From positions 288,001 to 352,000 of the forward strand of contig CAWEJX010000007.1 of assembly GCA_963809485.1 (NCBI GenBank): DNA of 64,000 nucleotides. The letters are read 5' to 3'. Numbering within the stretch: position 1 is the first letter of the stretch; each line of letters opens with the position of its first letter. Source of the stretch: an uncultured Acidobacteriota bacterium (GTDB taxonomy: Bacteria > Acidobacteriota > UBA6911). The translations under genes and the position numbers were made by a program. Below, one piece after another: positions 64,000-64,000 of this stretch. The notes beneath the pieces were generated by a model. The model ran no database searches. It saw only the letters and a list, made by a program, of their open reading frames with translations, and was not told the origin of the DNA.

Positions 64000-64000
64000 C

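Overview
GC-rich bacterial chromosomal segment, most likely Acidobacteriota (inferred from Oar-like TonB-dependent receptors with an N-terminal carboxypeptidase-regulatory-like domain, ECF/zf-HC2 pairs and paralogous secreted Thr/Ser/Gly-rich proteins). The left end holds a type II secretion secretin (GspD), an O-antigen-ligase/O-oligosaccharyltransferase-TPR gene, two paralogous S-layer-like exported proteins, an Ig-fold exported protein and an ECF sigma/anti-sigma unit; I read this as a candidate, apparently uncharacterised surface-layer locus. The rest is mostly housekeeping and envelope genes (metK, tkt, rpiB, ettA, hom, thiC, PduO-type adenosyltransferase, DksA-like, LysR, M28 and S8 peptidases, a VapBC pair, a STAND-like ATPase-TPR protein). 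Intergenic DNA carries several families of palindromic (REP/MITE-like) and 7-mer or 9-10-mer iterated repeats, mostly at convergent gene junctions, plus a few unexplained structured leaders. Many genes between about 1.5 and 23 kb (including metK) are broken by indels, which most plausibly reflects long-read consensus error rather than pseudogenisation. No rRNA, tRNA, CRISPR array, integrase, transposase or reverse transcriptase was seen.
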